DNA of 63,527 bases, the filler included, from Octopus bimaculoides (taxonomy: Eukaryota): the NCBI RefSeq assembly GCF_001194135.2. It is 6 parts of 5 records of this genome, joined end to end, with 100 filler letters (N's around TTAATTAATTAA, not from the genome) between each part and the next. Parts side by side here need not be neighbours in the genome. Positions count along the whole stretch, not along the records: positions 61,316 to 63,527 come from NC_068987.1; 5 more parts are not named here. One strand, written 5' to 3'. Shown here piece after piece: positions 61,515 through 63,527 of the stretch; position 1 is the stretch's first letter; each line of letters begins with the position of its first letter. A program made the translations under genes and the position numbers. Under the pieces are notes generated by a model that had not been told where the DNA came from, did no database searches, and worked only from the letters and a program-made list of their open reading frames with translations.

Positions 61515-62080
61515 CTCTCTCTCTCTCTCGCGATCTCCCCCCTCTCTCTTTTTCTATAACACTCTTTCTTTATCGCTTTTTTTTCTTTCTCCTTTTATTT
61601 TTCATTCTCTTTTGATTTCTTGCTTTCCCTCTTTATTTCTCTCTCTATTTCTCTCTCTCTTTCACTCTCTCCATTTCTCTCTCTGTTTCTCTTTCATGCT
61701 CTCTTTCCCTCTCTCTTTCCTTCTTTCTTATTTCTAACATCACCTTCTCTCCCCTTATTTCTTCCTTTTCTTTTTGGCTTTTCTCTCTCTCTCCCCTCTC
61801 TCCCTCACTTATTTTCTCTCTCTCTTTCTCGGCCTCGTTTCTTCTCTCTTTCTCTCTCTCTCTAACACTTCCTTTATCACTTTTCCTCTCTGTATTCCAA
61901 TTCTATTTCGTTTCTTTCTCTCTCTCCTCCCTCAAATGTTCTCTTTATCTTTCTCTCTCTTTCCCATTCTTGCTCTCTCTCTCTCTCTCTCTCCCTCCCT
62001 TACATGTTCTTGCTCTCTTCATCTCTCTCTCCTCCCGTCTTCTCTCTCTCTCTCTCGATCTCTCTCGTTCTCTCAGTCAT
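61515..62080. repeat. CT-rich low-complexity tract
   Basis: Directly visible. Confidence 0.93.
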
Positions 62081-62211
62081 TTCTTCACAACCTTTTCATT
62101 CTTATTCTGTCTTGTGTATTCTTTGAATTTTCTGATTTATTTTAAGCTTTACGAGATCCAATATCTCTCGGAGATATTTCTCACAGTCAACACCGCCATC
62201 CTTAAATAACA

Positions 62212-62500
62212 TTACACACCACCAGCACGGGCTACCAAACACCACCACCCTCTACCACCGCCACAAACAACCACTGGCATCGCAACAACCACCACCGTCA
62301 CGATAGCCACCACCCTCTCACAACAACAACAACAACCTAACATCTGAACCATCACCGCCATCATCATCATCGTCATCATCATCACCACCAGTAACATCAC
62401 AACAGCCACTAATACAATCACATCTTCTGATGCTGCTGTTTCTACCACCACCACCACCACCACCACCACCACTACTACTACTACCACCATTACTACTACT
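62212..62500. repeat. ACC/ATC/AAC low-complexity tract
   Basis: Directly visible. Confidence 0.93.
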
Positions 62501-62607
62501 GAATAATTTTCATTGAGATTCTATAGCCTTCGCTGCTTTTCTTTGTCCCTTTCTTTCAATCACTCTCCTCTCTCTCTCTCTCTCTCTTTCTCCGCCTGAC
62601 TATCTAC

Positions 62608-62648
<41 letters not shown>

Positions 62649-62946
62649 CAACTCTCTCTCTCTCTCTCTCTCTCTGTATTATATATATACAATATATATA
62701 TATATATATATATATACAAATAATAAAAGAGTATATGCATATATATACGTACAGGTGTGTGCATACCTACGTCTACCTGTATATATATAGGTGCATATCT
62801 GGGTACAGGACATTGCAAACAAAACGTAGACAGGAAATAACAATAACCAGAGTACAGAAAACACACAAGCCACATAGAGAACACTTTCCTTCATCAGCTA
62901 CCCCCGTTTTAACACCGGCGTTTCGAAGAGTTGGATATATATATAT

Positions 62947-63004
<58 letters not shown>

Positions 63005-63326
63005 TATTTACAACCAAAGTAAACGGGCGCGATGGCGCACACATACACAAACATGCACAAAGACTATCACGCATACGCTAGCGCTCACAGTGGCACACAC
63101 ATTTGCACACACACACACAGCATATATATATATTTATGTATTTATGTGTGCATGTATGTAAGTACATCTGTATGATTACAGATATTTTACTGTTGTGTAT
63201 CTCCTTCCTATATGCATACACAATTGTGTATACGTACGTACATTTGTATGTATGTATGTATGTATGTATGTATGTATATATATATATAGAGAGAGAGATC
63301 AAACGGGAAGAAAGGGTGGAAATATT

Positions 63327-63472
63327 CTTTTCTACTCTAGGTACAAGGCCCGAAATTCTGGGGGATGAGGCCAGTCGACCTCGGCGGAATTTGAACTCAG
63401 AACGTAGCGGCAGACAAAATATCGCTAAGCATTTCGCCCGGCCCGCTAACGTTTCTGCCAGCTCGCCGCCTT
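63327..63472 (-). mobile_element. SINE F3 with internal deletion and 15-bp TSD
   Basis: AAGGGTGGAAATATT at 63312-63326 and 63473-63487. Confidence 0.9.
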
Positions 63473-63527
63473 AAGGGTGGAAATATTGTAAAAGAAAGGG
63501 GGAAAAAGGGTATATATATATATATAT

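Noticed and set aside
62880-62930. Minus-strand GAAAC...CTGATGA as a permuted hammerhead
   Set aside because: No stem I pairing, H position is G, and stem II is poor.

Overview
AT-rich, microsatellite- and retroposon-dense animal genomic DNA. The SINE repertoire looks like that of an Octopus-type cephalopod; this is my recognition, not a database result. The window is not one continuous locus: five identical 100-bp spacers (44 N + TTAATTAATTAA + 44 N) cut it into six pieces whose true adjacency is unknown. The only host gene I can support is the 3' end of an ARL1-like small GTPase (last two coding exons, 9852-10030 and 16742-16772, + strand) with a probable long AT-rich 3' UTR. The rest is mobile or simple-repeat DNA: at least five tRNA-derived or related SINE families, a near full-length RTE LINE, smaller RTE, CR1/Jockey-group, Tx1/L1-like, RLE-type and Penelope-like relics, a Gypsy pol relic, mariner DD34D-type, maT DD37D, CMC/Chapaev-like and TTAA-flanked MITE DNA elements. 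The most interesting signal is a recurring class of short non-coding fold-back elements with Penelope-like architecture. Two carry hammerhead-ribozyme core motifs (CUGAUGA-stem II-GAAA), at 15200-15678 and 24836-25097. The first is fused to a tRNA-like Pol III head and lies inside the ARL1 intron. No copy here has a fully canonical cleavage site, so activity is unproven. Coordinates were counted by hand; treat transposon relic edges as approximate.
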